This document shows positions 52,701 through 64,000 of a stretch of DNA of 64,000 bases, one piece after another; the first letter of the stretch is position 1, and each line of letters starts with the position of its first letter. The position numbers were made by a program, and so were the translations under genes. Source of the DNA: Auanema rhodensis (lineage: Eukaryota; Animalia; Nematoda). The DNA lies in NCBI GenBank assembly GCA_964057225.1, contig OZ059897.1, positions 20,894,001 to 20,958,000 of the forward strand. Direction: 5' to 3'. The notes below the pieces were generated by a model. The model was given only the letters and a program-made list of their open reading frames with translations. It was not told the origin of the DNA and searched no databases.

Positions 52701-55700
52701 ACATTGCTTCCAAAAACATTTTGACAAAAATTTTTTCGAAAAATTTCAAAATAATTTAGCAAAAAGTAGATGTTTTTAGATTCCTTTTTTCAAGGCAAAG
52801 ACGATGGACAATGTTATTCAACGAGAAAATTAATTCTTCAGGGTGAAAATCGAGGATATAAGTGTGAACTTATATCAGTTGATATCTCGGTGCATTTTTA
52901 AGCTAGCGCAAATCTGATAACACAGATCGACGCAGCTTAAAAATCCGCATCGAATGCACTATACTACATTGAGAAAAGCTTAATACAAAAATTAGTTATG
53001 ATCGTTAGAAAAATGATGCATTAGTGTATGTTGAGTTTCCATGTACACTCAACATTGCTTCCAAAAACATTTTGACAAAAATTTTTTCGAAAAATTTCAA
53101 AATAATTTAGCAAAAAGTAGATGTTTTTAGATTCCATTTTTCAAGGCAAAGACGATGGACAATGTTATTCAACGAAAAAGTTAATTCTTCAGGGTGAAAA
53201 TCGAGGATATAAGTGTGAACTTATATCAGTTGATATCTCGGTGCATTTTTAAGCTAGCGCAAATCTGATAACACAGATCGACGCAGCTTAAAAATCCGGA
53301 TCGAATGCACTATACTACATTAAGAAACGCTTGATACAAAAATTAGTTATGATCGTTTGAAAAATGATGCATTAGTGTATGTTGAGTTTCCATGTACACT
53401 CAACATTGCTTCCAAAAACATTTTGACAAAAATTTTTTCGAAAAATTTCAAAATAATTTAGCAAAAAGTAGATGTTTTTAGATTCCATTTTTCAAGGCAA
53501 AGACGATGGACAATGTTATTCAACGAAAAAATTGATTCTTCAGGGTGAAAATCGAGGATATAAGTGTGAACTTATATCAGTTGATATCTCGGTGCATTTT
53601 TAAGCTAGCGCAAATCTGATAACACAGATCGACGCAGCTTAAAAATCCGGATCGAATGCACTATACTACATTAAGAAACGCTTGATACAAAAATTAGTTA
53701 TGATCGTTTGAAAAATGATGCATTAGTGTATGTTGAGTTTCCATGTACACTCAACATTGCTTCCAAAAACATTTTGACAAAAATTTTTTCGAAAAATTTC
53801 AAAATAATTTAGCAAAAAGTAGATGTTTTTAGATTCCATTTTTCAAGGCAAAGACGATAGACAATGTTATTCAACGGAAAAGTTAATTCTTCAGGGTGAA
53901 AATCGAGGATATAAGTGTGAACTTATATCAGTTGATATCTCGGTGCATTTTTAAGCTAGCGCAAATCTGATAACACAGATCGACGCAGCTTAAAAATCCG
54001 CATCGAATGCACTATACTACATTGAGAAAAGCTTAATACAAAAATTAGTTATGATCGTTTGAAAAATGATGCATTAGTGTATGTTGAGTTTCCATGTACA
54101 CTCAACATTGCTTCCAAAAACATTTTGACAAAAATTTTTTCGAAAAATTTCAAAATAATTTAGCAAAAAGTAGATGTTTTTAGATTCCTTTTTTCAAGGC
54201 AAAGACGATGGACAATGTTATTCAACGAGAAAATTAATTCTTCAGGGTGAAAATCGAGGATATAAGTGTGAACTTATATCAGTTGATATCTCGGTGCATT
54301 TTTAAGCTAGCGCAAATCTGATAACACAGATCGACGCAGCTTAAAAATCCGCATCGAATGCACTATACTACATTGAAAAAAGCTTAATACAAAAATTAGT
54401 TATGATCGTTAGAAAAATGATGCATTAGTGTATGTTGAGTTTCCATGTACACTCAACATTGCTTCCAAAAACATTTTGACAAAAATTTTTTCGAAAAATT
54501 TCAAAATAATTTAGCAAAAAGTAGATGTTTTTAGATTCCATTTTTCAAGGCAAAGACGATGGACAATGTTATTCAACGAAAAAGTTAATTCTTCAGGGTG
54601 AAAATCGAGGATATAAGTGTGAACTTATATCAGTTGATATCTCGGTGCATTTTTAAGCTAGCGCAAATCTGATAACACAGATCGACGCAGCTTAAAAATC
54701 CGGATCGAATGCACTATACTACATTAAGAAACGCTTGATACAAAAATTAGTTATGATCGTTTGAAAAATGATGCATTAGTGTATGTTGAGTTTCCATGTA
54801 CACTCAACATTGCTTCCAAAAACATTTTGACAAAAATTTTTTCGAAAAATTTCAAAATAATTTAGCAAAAAGTAGATGTTTTTAGATTCCATTTTTTAAG
54901 GCAAAGACGATGGACAATGTTATTCAACGAAAAAATTGATTCTTCAGGGTGAAAATCGAGGATATAAGTGTGAACTTATATCAGTTGATATCTCGGTGCA
55001 TTTTTAAGCTAGCGCAAATCTGATAACACAGATCGACGCAGCTTAAAAATCCGCATCGAATGCACTATACTACATTGAGAAAAGCTTAATACAAAAATTA
55101 GTTATGATCGTTTGAAAAATGATGCATTAGTGTATGTTGAGTTTCCATGTACACTCAACATTGCTTCCAAAAACATTTTGACAAAAATTTTTTCGAAAAA
55201 TTTCAAAATAATTTAGCAAAAAGTAGATGTTTTTAGATTCCATTTTTCAAGGCAAAGACGATAGACAATGTTATTCAACGAAAAAGTTAATTCTTCAGGG
55301 TGAAAATCGAGGATATAAGTGTGAACTTATATCAGTTGATATCTCGGTGCATTTTTAAGCTAGCGCAAATCTGATAACACAGATCGACGCAGCTTAAAAA
55401 TCCGCATCGAATGCACTATATTACATTGAGAAACACTTGATACAAAAATTAGTTATGATCGTTTGAAAAATGATGCATTAGTGTATGTTGAGTTTCCATG
55501 TACACTCAACATTGCTTCCAAAAACATTTTGACAAAAATTTTTTCGAAAAATTTCAAAATAATTTAGCAAAAAGTAGATGTTTTAAGATTCCATTTTTCA
55601 AGGCAAAGACGATGGACAATGTTATTCAACGAAAAAATTAATTCTTCAGGGTGAAAATCGAGGATATAAGTGTGAACTTATATCAGTTGATATCTCGGTG

Positions 55701-58700
55701 CATTTTTAAGCTAGCGCAAATCTGAAAACACAGATCGACGCAGCTTAAAAATCCGCATCGAATGCACTATACTACATTGAGAAAAACTTAATACAAAAAT
55801 TAGTTATGATCGTTTGAAAAATGATGCATTAGTGTATGTTGAGTTTCCATGTACACTCAACATTGCTTCCAAAAACATTTTGACAAAAATTTTTTCGAAA
55901 AATTTCAAAATAATTTAGCAAAAAGTAGATGTTTTTAGATTCCATTTTTCAAGGCAAAGACGATGGACAATGTTATTCAACGAAAAAATTGATTCTTCAG
56001 GGTGAAAATCGAGGATATAAGTGTGAACTTATATCAGTTGATATCTCGGTGCATTTTTAAGCTAGCGCAAATCTGATAACACAGATCGACGCAGCTTAAA
56101 AATCCGCATCGAATGCACTATACTACATTGAGAAAAGCTTAATACAAAAATTAGTTATGATCGTTTGAAAAATGATGCATTAGTGTATGTTGAGTTTCCA
56201 TGTACACTCAACATTGCTTCCAAAAACATTTTGACAAAAATTTTTTCGAAAAATTTCAAAATAATTTAGCAAAAAGTAGATGTTTTTAGATTCCATTTTT
56301 CAAGGCAAAGACGATGGACAATGTTATTCAACGAAAAAGTTAATTCTTCAGGGTGAAAATCGAGGATATAAGTGTGAACTTATATCAGTTGATATCTCGG
56401 TGCATTTTTAAGCTAGCGCAAATCTGATAACACAGATCGACGCAGCTTAAAAATCCGGATCGAATGCACTATACTACATTAAGAAACGCTTGATACAAAA
56501 ATTAGTTATGATCGTTTGAAAAATGATGCATTAGTGTATGTTGAGTTTCCATGTACACTCAACATTGCTTCCAAAAACATTTTGACAAAAATTTTTTCGA
56601 AAAATTTCAAAATAATTTAGCAAAAAGTAGATGTTTTTAGATTCCATTTTTCAAGGCAAAGACGATAGACAATGTTATTCAACGGAAAAGTTAATTCTTC
56701 AGGGTGAAAATCGAGGATATAAGTGTGAACTTATATCAGTTGATATCTCGGTGCATTTTTAAGCTAGCGCAAATCTGATAACACAGATCGACGCAGCTTA
56801 AAAATCCGCATCGAATGCACTATACTACATTGAGAAAAGCTTAATACAAAAATTAGTTATGATCGTTTGAAAAATGATGCATTAGTGTATGTTGAGTTTC
56901 CATGTACACTCAACATTGCTTCCAAAAACATTTTGACAAAAATTTTTTCGAAAAATTTCAAAATAATTTAGCAAAAAGTAGATGTTTTTAGATTCCTTTT
57001 TTCAAGGCAAAGACGATGGACAATGTTATTCAACGAGAAAATTAATTCTTCAGGGTGAAAATCGAGGATATAAGTGTGAACTTATATCAGTTGATATCTC
57101 GGTGCATTTTTAAGCTAGCGCAAATCTGATAACACAGATCGACGCAGCTTAAAAATCCGCATCGAATGCACTATATTACATTGAGAAACACTTGATACAA
57201 AAATTAGTTATGATCGTTTGAAAAATGATGCATTAGTGTATGTTGAGTTTCCATGTACACTCAACATTGCTTCCAAAAACATTTTGACAAAAATTTTTTC
57301 GAAAAATTTCAAAATAATTTAGCAAAAAGTAGATGTTTTAAGATTCCATTTTTCAAGGCAAAGACGATGGACAATGTTATTCAACGAAAAAATTAATTCT
57401 TCAGGGTGAAAATCGAGGATATAAGTGTGAACTTATATCAGTTGATATCTCGGTGCATTTTTAAGCTAGCGCAAATCTGAAAACACAGATCGACGCAGCT
57501 TAAAAATCCGCATCGAATGCACTATACTACATTGAGAAAAACTTAATACAAAAATTAGTTATGATCGTTTGAAAAATGATGCATTAGTGTATGTTGAGTT
57601 TCCATGTACACTCAACATTGCTTCCAAAAACATTTTGACAAAAATTTTTTCGAAAAATTTCAAAATAATTTAGCAAAAAGTAGATGTTTTTAGATTCCAT
57701 TTTTCAAGGCAAAGACGATGGACAATGTTATTCAACGAAAAAATTGATTCTTCAGGGTGAAAATCGAGGATATAAGTGTGAACTTATATCAGTTGATATC
57801 TCGGTGCATTTTTAAGCTAGCGCAAATCTGATAACACAGATCGACGCAGCTTAAAAATCCGCATCGAATGCACTATACTACATTGAGAAACACTTAATAC
57901 AAAAATTAGTTATGATCGTTTGAAAAATGATGCATTAGTGTATGTTGAGTTTCCATGTACACTCAACATTGCTTCCAAAAACATTTTGACAAAAATTTTT
58001 TCGAAAAATTTCAAAATAATTTAGCAAAAAGTAGATGTTTTTAGATTCCATTTTTCAAGGCAAAGACGATGGACAATGTTATTCAACGAAAAAATTGATT
58101 CTTCAGGGTGAAAATCGAGGATATAAGTGTGAACTTATATCAGTTGATATCTCGGTGCATTTTTAAGCTAGCGCAAATCTGATAACACAGATCGACGCAG
58201 CTTAAAAATCCGCATCGAATGCACTATACTACATTGAAAAACGCTTGATACAAAAATTAGTTATGATCGTTTGAAAAATGATGCATTAGTGTATGTTGAG
58301 TTTCCATGTACACTCAACATTGCTTCCAAAAACATTTTGACAAAAATTTTTTCGAAAAATTTCAAAATAATTTAGCAAAAAGTAGATGTTTTTAGATTCC
58401 TTTTCTCAAGGCAAAGACGATGGACAATGTTATTCAACGAAAAAATTATTTCTTCAGGGTGAAAATCGAGGATATAAGTGTGAACTTATATCAGTTGATA
58501 TCTCGGTGCATTTTTAAGCTAGCGCAAATCTGATAACACAGATCGACGCAGCTTAAAAATCCGGATCGAATGCACTATACTACATTAAGAAACGCTTGAT
58601 ACAAAAATTAGTTATGATCGTTTGAAAAATGATGCATTAGTGTATGTTGAGTTTCCATGTACACTCAACATTGCTTCCAAAAACATTTTGACAAAAATTT

Positions 58701-61700
58701 TTTCGAAAAATTTCAAAATAATTTAGCAAAAAGTAGATGGTTTTAGATTCCATTTTTCTAGGCAAAGACGATAGACAATGTTATTCAACGGAAAAGTTAA
58801 TTCTTCAGGGTGAAAATCGAGGATATAAGTGTGAACTTATATCAGTTGATATCTCGGTGCATTTTTAAGCTAGCGCAAATCTGATAACACAGATCGACGC
58901 AGCTTAAAAATCCGCATCGAATGCACTATACTACATTGAGAAAAGCTTAATACAAAAATTAGTTATGATCGTTTGAAAAATGATGCATTAGTGTATGTTG
59001 AGTTTCCATGTACACTCAACATTGCTTCCAAAAACATTTTGACAAAAATTTTTTCGAAAAATTTCAAAATAATTTAGCAAAAAGTAGATGTTTTTAGATT
59101 CCTTTTTTCAAGGCAAAGACGATGGACAATGTTATTCAACGAGAAAATTAATTCTTCAGGGTGAAAATCGAGGATTTAAGTGTGAACTTATATCAGTTGA
59201 TATCTCGGTGCATTTTTAAGCTAGCGCAAATCTGATAACACAGATCGACGCAGCTTAAAAATCCGCATCGAATGCACTATACTACATTGAGAAAAGCTTA
59301 ATACAAAAATTAGTTATGATCGTTAGAAAAATGATGCATTAGTGTATGTTGAGTTTCCATGTACACTCAACATTGCTTCCAAAAACATTTTGACAAAAAT
59401 TTTTTCGAAAAATTTCAAAATAATTTACCAAAAAGTAGATGTTTTTAGATTCCATTTTTCAAGGCAAAGACGATAGACAATGTTATTCAACGAAAAAGTT
59501 AATTCTTCAGGGTGAAAATCGAGGATATAAGTGTGAACTTATATCAGTTGATATCTCGGTGCATTTTTAAGCTAGCGCAAATCTGATAACACAGATCGAC
59601 GCAGCTTAAAAATCCGCATCGAATGCACTATATTACATTGAGAAACACTTGATACAAAAATTAGTTATGATCGTTTGAAAAATGATGCATTAGTGTATGT
59701 TGAGTTTCCATGTACACTCAACATTGCTTCCAAAAACATTTTGACAAAAATTTTTTCGAAAAATTTCAAAATAATTTAGCAAAAAGTAGATGTTTTAAGA
59801 TTCCATTTTTCAAGGCAAAGACGATGGACAATGTTATTCAACGAAAAAATTAATTCTTCAGGGTGAAAATCGAGGATATAAGTGTGAACTTATATCAGTT
59901 GATATCTCGGTGCATTTTTAAGCTAGCGCAAATCTGATAACACAGATCGACGCAGCTTAAAAATCCGCATCGAATGCACTATACTACATTGAGAAAAGCT
60001 TAATACAAGAATTAGTTATGATCGTTTGAAAAATGATGCATTAGTGTATGTTGAGTTTCCATGTACACTCAACATTGCTTCCAAAAACATTTTGACAAAA
60101 ATTTTTTCGAAAAATTTCAAAATTATTTAGCAAAAAGTAGATGTTTTTAGATTCCATTTTTCAAGGCAAAGACGATGGACAATGTTATTCAACGAAAAAA
60201 TTAATTCTTCAGGGTGAAAATCGAGGATATAAGTGTGAACTTATATCAGTTGATATCTCGGTGCATTTTTAAGCTAGCGCAAATCTGATAACACAGATCG
60301 ACGCAGCTTAAAAATCCGGATCGAATGCACTATACTACATTAAGAAACGCTTGATACAAAAATTAGTTATGATCGTTTGAAAAATGATGCATTAGTGTAT
60401 GTTGAGTTTCCATGTACACTCAACATTGCTTCCAAAAACATTTTGACAAAAATTTTTTCGAAAAATTTCAAAATAATTTAGCAAAAAGTAGATGTTTTTA
60501 GATTCCATTTTTCAAGGCAAAGACGATAGACAATGTTATTCAACGGAAAAGTTAATTCTTCAGGGTGAAAATCGAGGATATAAGTGTGAACTTATATCAG
60601 TTGATATCTCGGTGCATTTTTAAGCTAGCGCAAATCTGATAACACAGATCGACGCAGCTTAAAAATCCGCATCGAATGCACTATACTACATTGAGAAAAG
60701 CTTAATACAAAAATTAGTTATGATCGTTTGAAAAATGATGCATTAGTGTATGTTGAGTTTCCATGTACACTCAACATTGCTTCCAAAAACATTTTGACAA
60801 AAATTTTTTCGAAAAATTTCAAAATAATTTAGCAAAAAGTAGATGTTTTTAGATTCCTTTTTTCAAGGCAAAGACGATGGACAATGTTATTCAACGAGAA
60901 AATTAATTCTTCAGGGTGAAAATCGAGGATATAAGTGTGAACTTATATCAGTTGATATCTCGGTGCATTTTTAAGCTAGCGCAAATCTGATAACACAGAT
61001 CGACGCAGCTTAAAAATCCGCATCGAATGCACTATACTACATTGAGAAAAGATTAATACAAAAATTAGTTATGATCGTGAGAAAAATGATGCATTAGTGT
61101 ATGTTGAGTTTCCATGTACACTCAACATTGCTTCCAAAAACATTTTGACAAAAATTTTTTCGAAAAATTTCAAAATAATTTAGCAAAAAGTAGATGTTTT
61201 TAGATTCCATTTTTCAAGGCAAAGACGATGGACAATGTTATTCAACGAAAAAGTTAATTCTTCAGGGTGAAAATCGAGGATATAAGTGTGAACTTATATC
61301 AGTTGATATCTCGGTGCATTTTTAAGCTAGCGCAAATCTGATAACACAGATCGACGCAGCTTAAAAATCCGGATCGAATGCACTATACTACATTAAGAAA
61401 CGCTTGATACAAAAATTAGTTATGATCGTTTGAAAAATGATGCATTAGTGTATGTTGAGTTTCCATGTACACTCAACATTGCTTCCAAAAACATTTTGAC
61501 AAAAATTTTTTCGAAAAATTTCAAAATAATTTAGCAAAAAGTAGATGTTTTTAGATTCCTTTTTTCAAGGCAAAGACGATAGACAATGTTATTCAACGGA
61601 AAAGTTAATTCTTCAGGGTGAAAATCGAGGATATAAGTGTGAACTTATATCAGTTGATATCTCGGTGCATTTTTAAGCTAGCGCAAATCTGATAACACAG

Positions 61701-64000
61701 ATCGACGCAGCTTAAAAATCCGCATCGAATGCACTATACTACATTGAGAAAAGCTTAATACAAAAATTAGTTATGATCGTTTGAAAAATGATGCATTAGT
61801 GTATGTTGAGTTTCCATGTACACTCAACATTGCTTCCAAAAACATTTTGACAAAAATTTTTTCGAAAAATTTCAAAATAATTTAGCAAAAAGTAGATGTT
61901 TTTAGATTCCTTTTTTCAAGGCAAAGACGATGGACAATGTTATTCAACGAGAAAATTAATTCTTCAGGGTGAAAATCGAGGATATAAGTGTGAACTTATA
62001 TCAGTTGATATCTCGGTGCATTTTTAAGCTAGCGCAAATCTGATAACACAGATCGACGCAGCTTAAAAATCCGCATCGAATGCACTATACTACATTGAGA
62101 AAAGCTTAATACAAAAATTAGTTATGATCGTTTGAAAAATGATGCATTAGTGTATGTTGAGTTTCCATGTACACTCAACATTGCTTCCAAAAACATTTTG
62201 ACAAAAATTTTTTCGAAAAATTTCAAAATAATTTAGCAAAAAGTAGATGTTTTTAGATTCCTTTTTTCAAGGCAAAGACGATGGACAATGTTATTCAACG
62301 AGAAAATTAATTCTTCAGGGTGAAAATCGAGGATTTAAGTGTGAACTTATATCAGTTGATATCTCGGTGCATTTTTAAGCTAGCGCAAATCTGATAACAC
62401 AGATCGACGCAGCTTAAAAATCCGCATCGAATGCACTATACTACATTGAGAAAAGCTTAATACAAAAATTAGTTATGATCGTTAGAAAAATGATGCATTA
62501 GTGTATGTTGAGTTTCCATGTACACTCAACATTGCTTCCAAAAACATTTTGACAAAAATTTTTTCGAAAAATTTCAAAATAATTTAGCAAAAAGTAGATG
62601 TTTTAAGATTCCATTTTTCAAGGCAAAGACGATGGACAATGTTATTCAACGAAAAAATTAATTCTTCAGGGTGAAAATCGAGGATATAAGTGTGAACTTA
62701 TATCAGTTGATATCTCGGTGCATTTTTAAGCTAGCGCAAATCTGATAACACAGATCGACGCAGCTTAAAAATCCGCATCGAATGCACTATACTACATTGA
62801 GAAAAGCTTAATACAAGAATTAGTTATGATCGTTTGAAAAATGATGCATTAGTGTATGTTGAGTTTCCATGTACACTCAACATTGCTTCCAAAAACATTT
62901 TGACAAAAATTTTTTCGAAAAATTTCAAAATTATTTAGCAAAAAGTAGATGTTTTTAGATTCCATTTTTCAAGGCAAAGACGATGGACAATGTTATTCAA
63001 CGAAAAAATTAATTCTTCAGGGTGAAAATCGAGGATATAAGTGTGAACTTATATCAGTTGATATCTCGGTGCATTTTTAAGCTAGCGCAAATCTGATAAC
63101 ACAGATCGACGCAGCTTAAAAATCCGGATCGAATGCACTATACTACATTAAGAAACGCTTGATACAAAAATTAGTTATGATCGTTTGAAAAATGATGCAT
63201 TAGTGTATGTTGAGTTTCCATGTACACTCAACATTGCTTCCAAAAACATTTTGACAAAAATTTTTTCGAAAAATTTCAAAATTATTTAGCAAAAAGTAGA
63301 TGTTTTTAGATTCCATTTTTCAAGGCAAAGACGATGGACAATGTTATTCAACGAAAAAATTAATTCTTCAGGGTGAAAATCGAGGATATAAGTGTGAACT
63401 TATATCAGTTGATATCTCGGTGCATTTTTAAGCTAGCGCAAATCTGATAACACAGATCGACGCAGCTTAAAAATCCGGATCGAATGCACTATACTACATT
63501 AAGAAACGCTTGATACAAAAATTAGTTATGATCGTTTGAAAAATGATGCATTAGTGTATGTTGAGTTTCCATGTACACTCAACATTGCTTCCAAAAACAT
63601 TTTGACAAAAATTTTTTCGAAAAATTTCAAAATAATTTAGCAAAAAGTAGATGTTTTTAGATTCCATTTTTCAAGGCAAAGACGATAGACAATGTTATTC
63701 AACGGAAAAGTTAATTCTTCAGGGTGAAAATCGAGGATATAAGTGTGAACTTATATCAGTTGATATCTCGGTGCATTTTTAAGCTAGCGCAAATCTGATA
63801 ACACAGATCGACGCAGCTTAAAAATCCGCATCGAATGCACTATACTACATTGAGAAACGCTTAATACAAAAATTAGTTATGATCGTTTGAAAAATGATGC
63901 ATTAGTGTATGTTGAGTTTCCATGTACACTCAACATTGCTTCCAAAAACATTTTGACAAAAATTTTTTCGAAAAATTTCAAAATAATTTAGCAAAAAGTA
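34750..64000. repeat. Satellite sub-domain 3 (monomers 100-183), CCGG-bearing mosaic
   Basis: C299G+G322A (TCCGGATCG...ATTAAG; first at 35750), T140C and A175G occur only here, mixed with types seen in domains 1 and 2. Confidence 0.85.
41770..51947. repeat. 11-monomer block present twice at 18-monomer (6318-bp) spacing
   Basis: Monomers 120-130 (41770-45630) and 138-148 (48088-51947) have the same haplotype order; marker A100G at 42922 and 49240. Confidence 0.82.

Larger units (their letters stand above)
1..64000. repeat. Tandem satellite DNA array, 351-bp AT-rich monomer, 182 full copies plus a partial copy; extends beyond both window edges
   Basis: ATCGTTTGAAAAATGATGC recurs at 1, 352, 703 ... 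7021, 14041, 21061, 28081, 35101, 42121, 49141 (exact multiples of 351), then shifted by -1 (51948, 56160, 63882). All copies have the same orientation and differ only by a few substitutions. Confidence 0.99.

Noticed and set aside
1-64000. Giant repeat-protein gene, since 351 bp equals 117 codons
   Set aside because: The ORF track shows no frame on either strand open across a monomer, and stop codons are fixed in the consensus.
1-64000. CRISPR array or integron-like cassette array (palindromic repeats at regular spacing)
   Set aside because: The sequence between the palindromes is the same in every unit; there are no unique spacers or cassettes and no cas or integrase genes.
1-64000. Embedded transposon, inversion or unique insertion
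   Set aside because: The 351-bp register and orientation hold end to end apart from one 1-bp slip, leaving no room for inserted sequence.

Overview
The whole 64-kb window is one uninterrupted head-to-tail satellite DNA array: 182 complete monomers plus a 119-bp partial copy. The monomer is 351 bp and about 31% GC by hand count. Monomer n starts at 1+351(n-1) up to n=148; monomer 148 (51598-51947) is 350 bp, the only length change I found. I see no genes, RNA genes, transposon insertions, inversions or CRISPR spacers. The single 75-aa ORF is a by-product of a recombinant monomer in which two stop-removing SNPs coincide. The organisation fits a eukaryotic (peri)centromeric or heterochromatic satellite; I cannot name the family or species from sequence alone. 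The non-trivial structure is: (1) the monomer holds four dyad/hairpin elements that lie in its near-invariant parts, while common SNPs concentrate at monomer positions 110-184 and 315-340; (2) diagnostic SNPs split the array into three spatial domains; (3) there are cryptic higher-order repeats (3-mers, an inferred 11-mer) and recent segmental duplications of 5, 6, 10 and 11 monomers, plus chimeric monomers and possible gene-conversion tracts. Monomer typing was done by eye and should be confirmed computationally. I found no evidence for a novel gene-encoded system.
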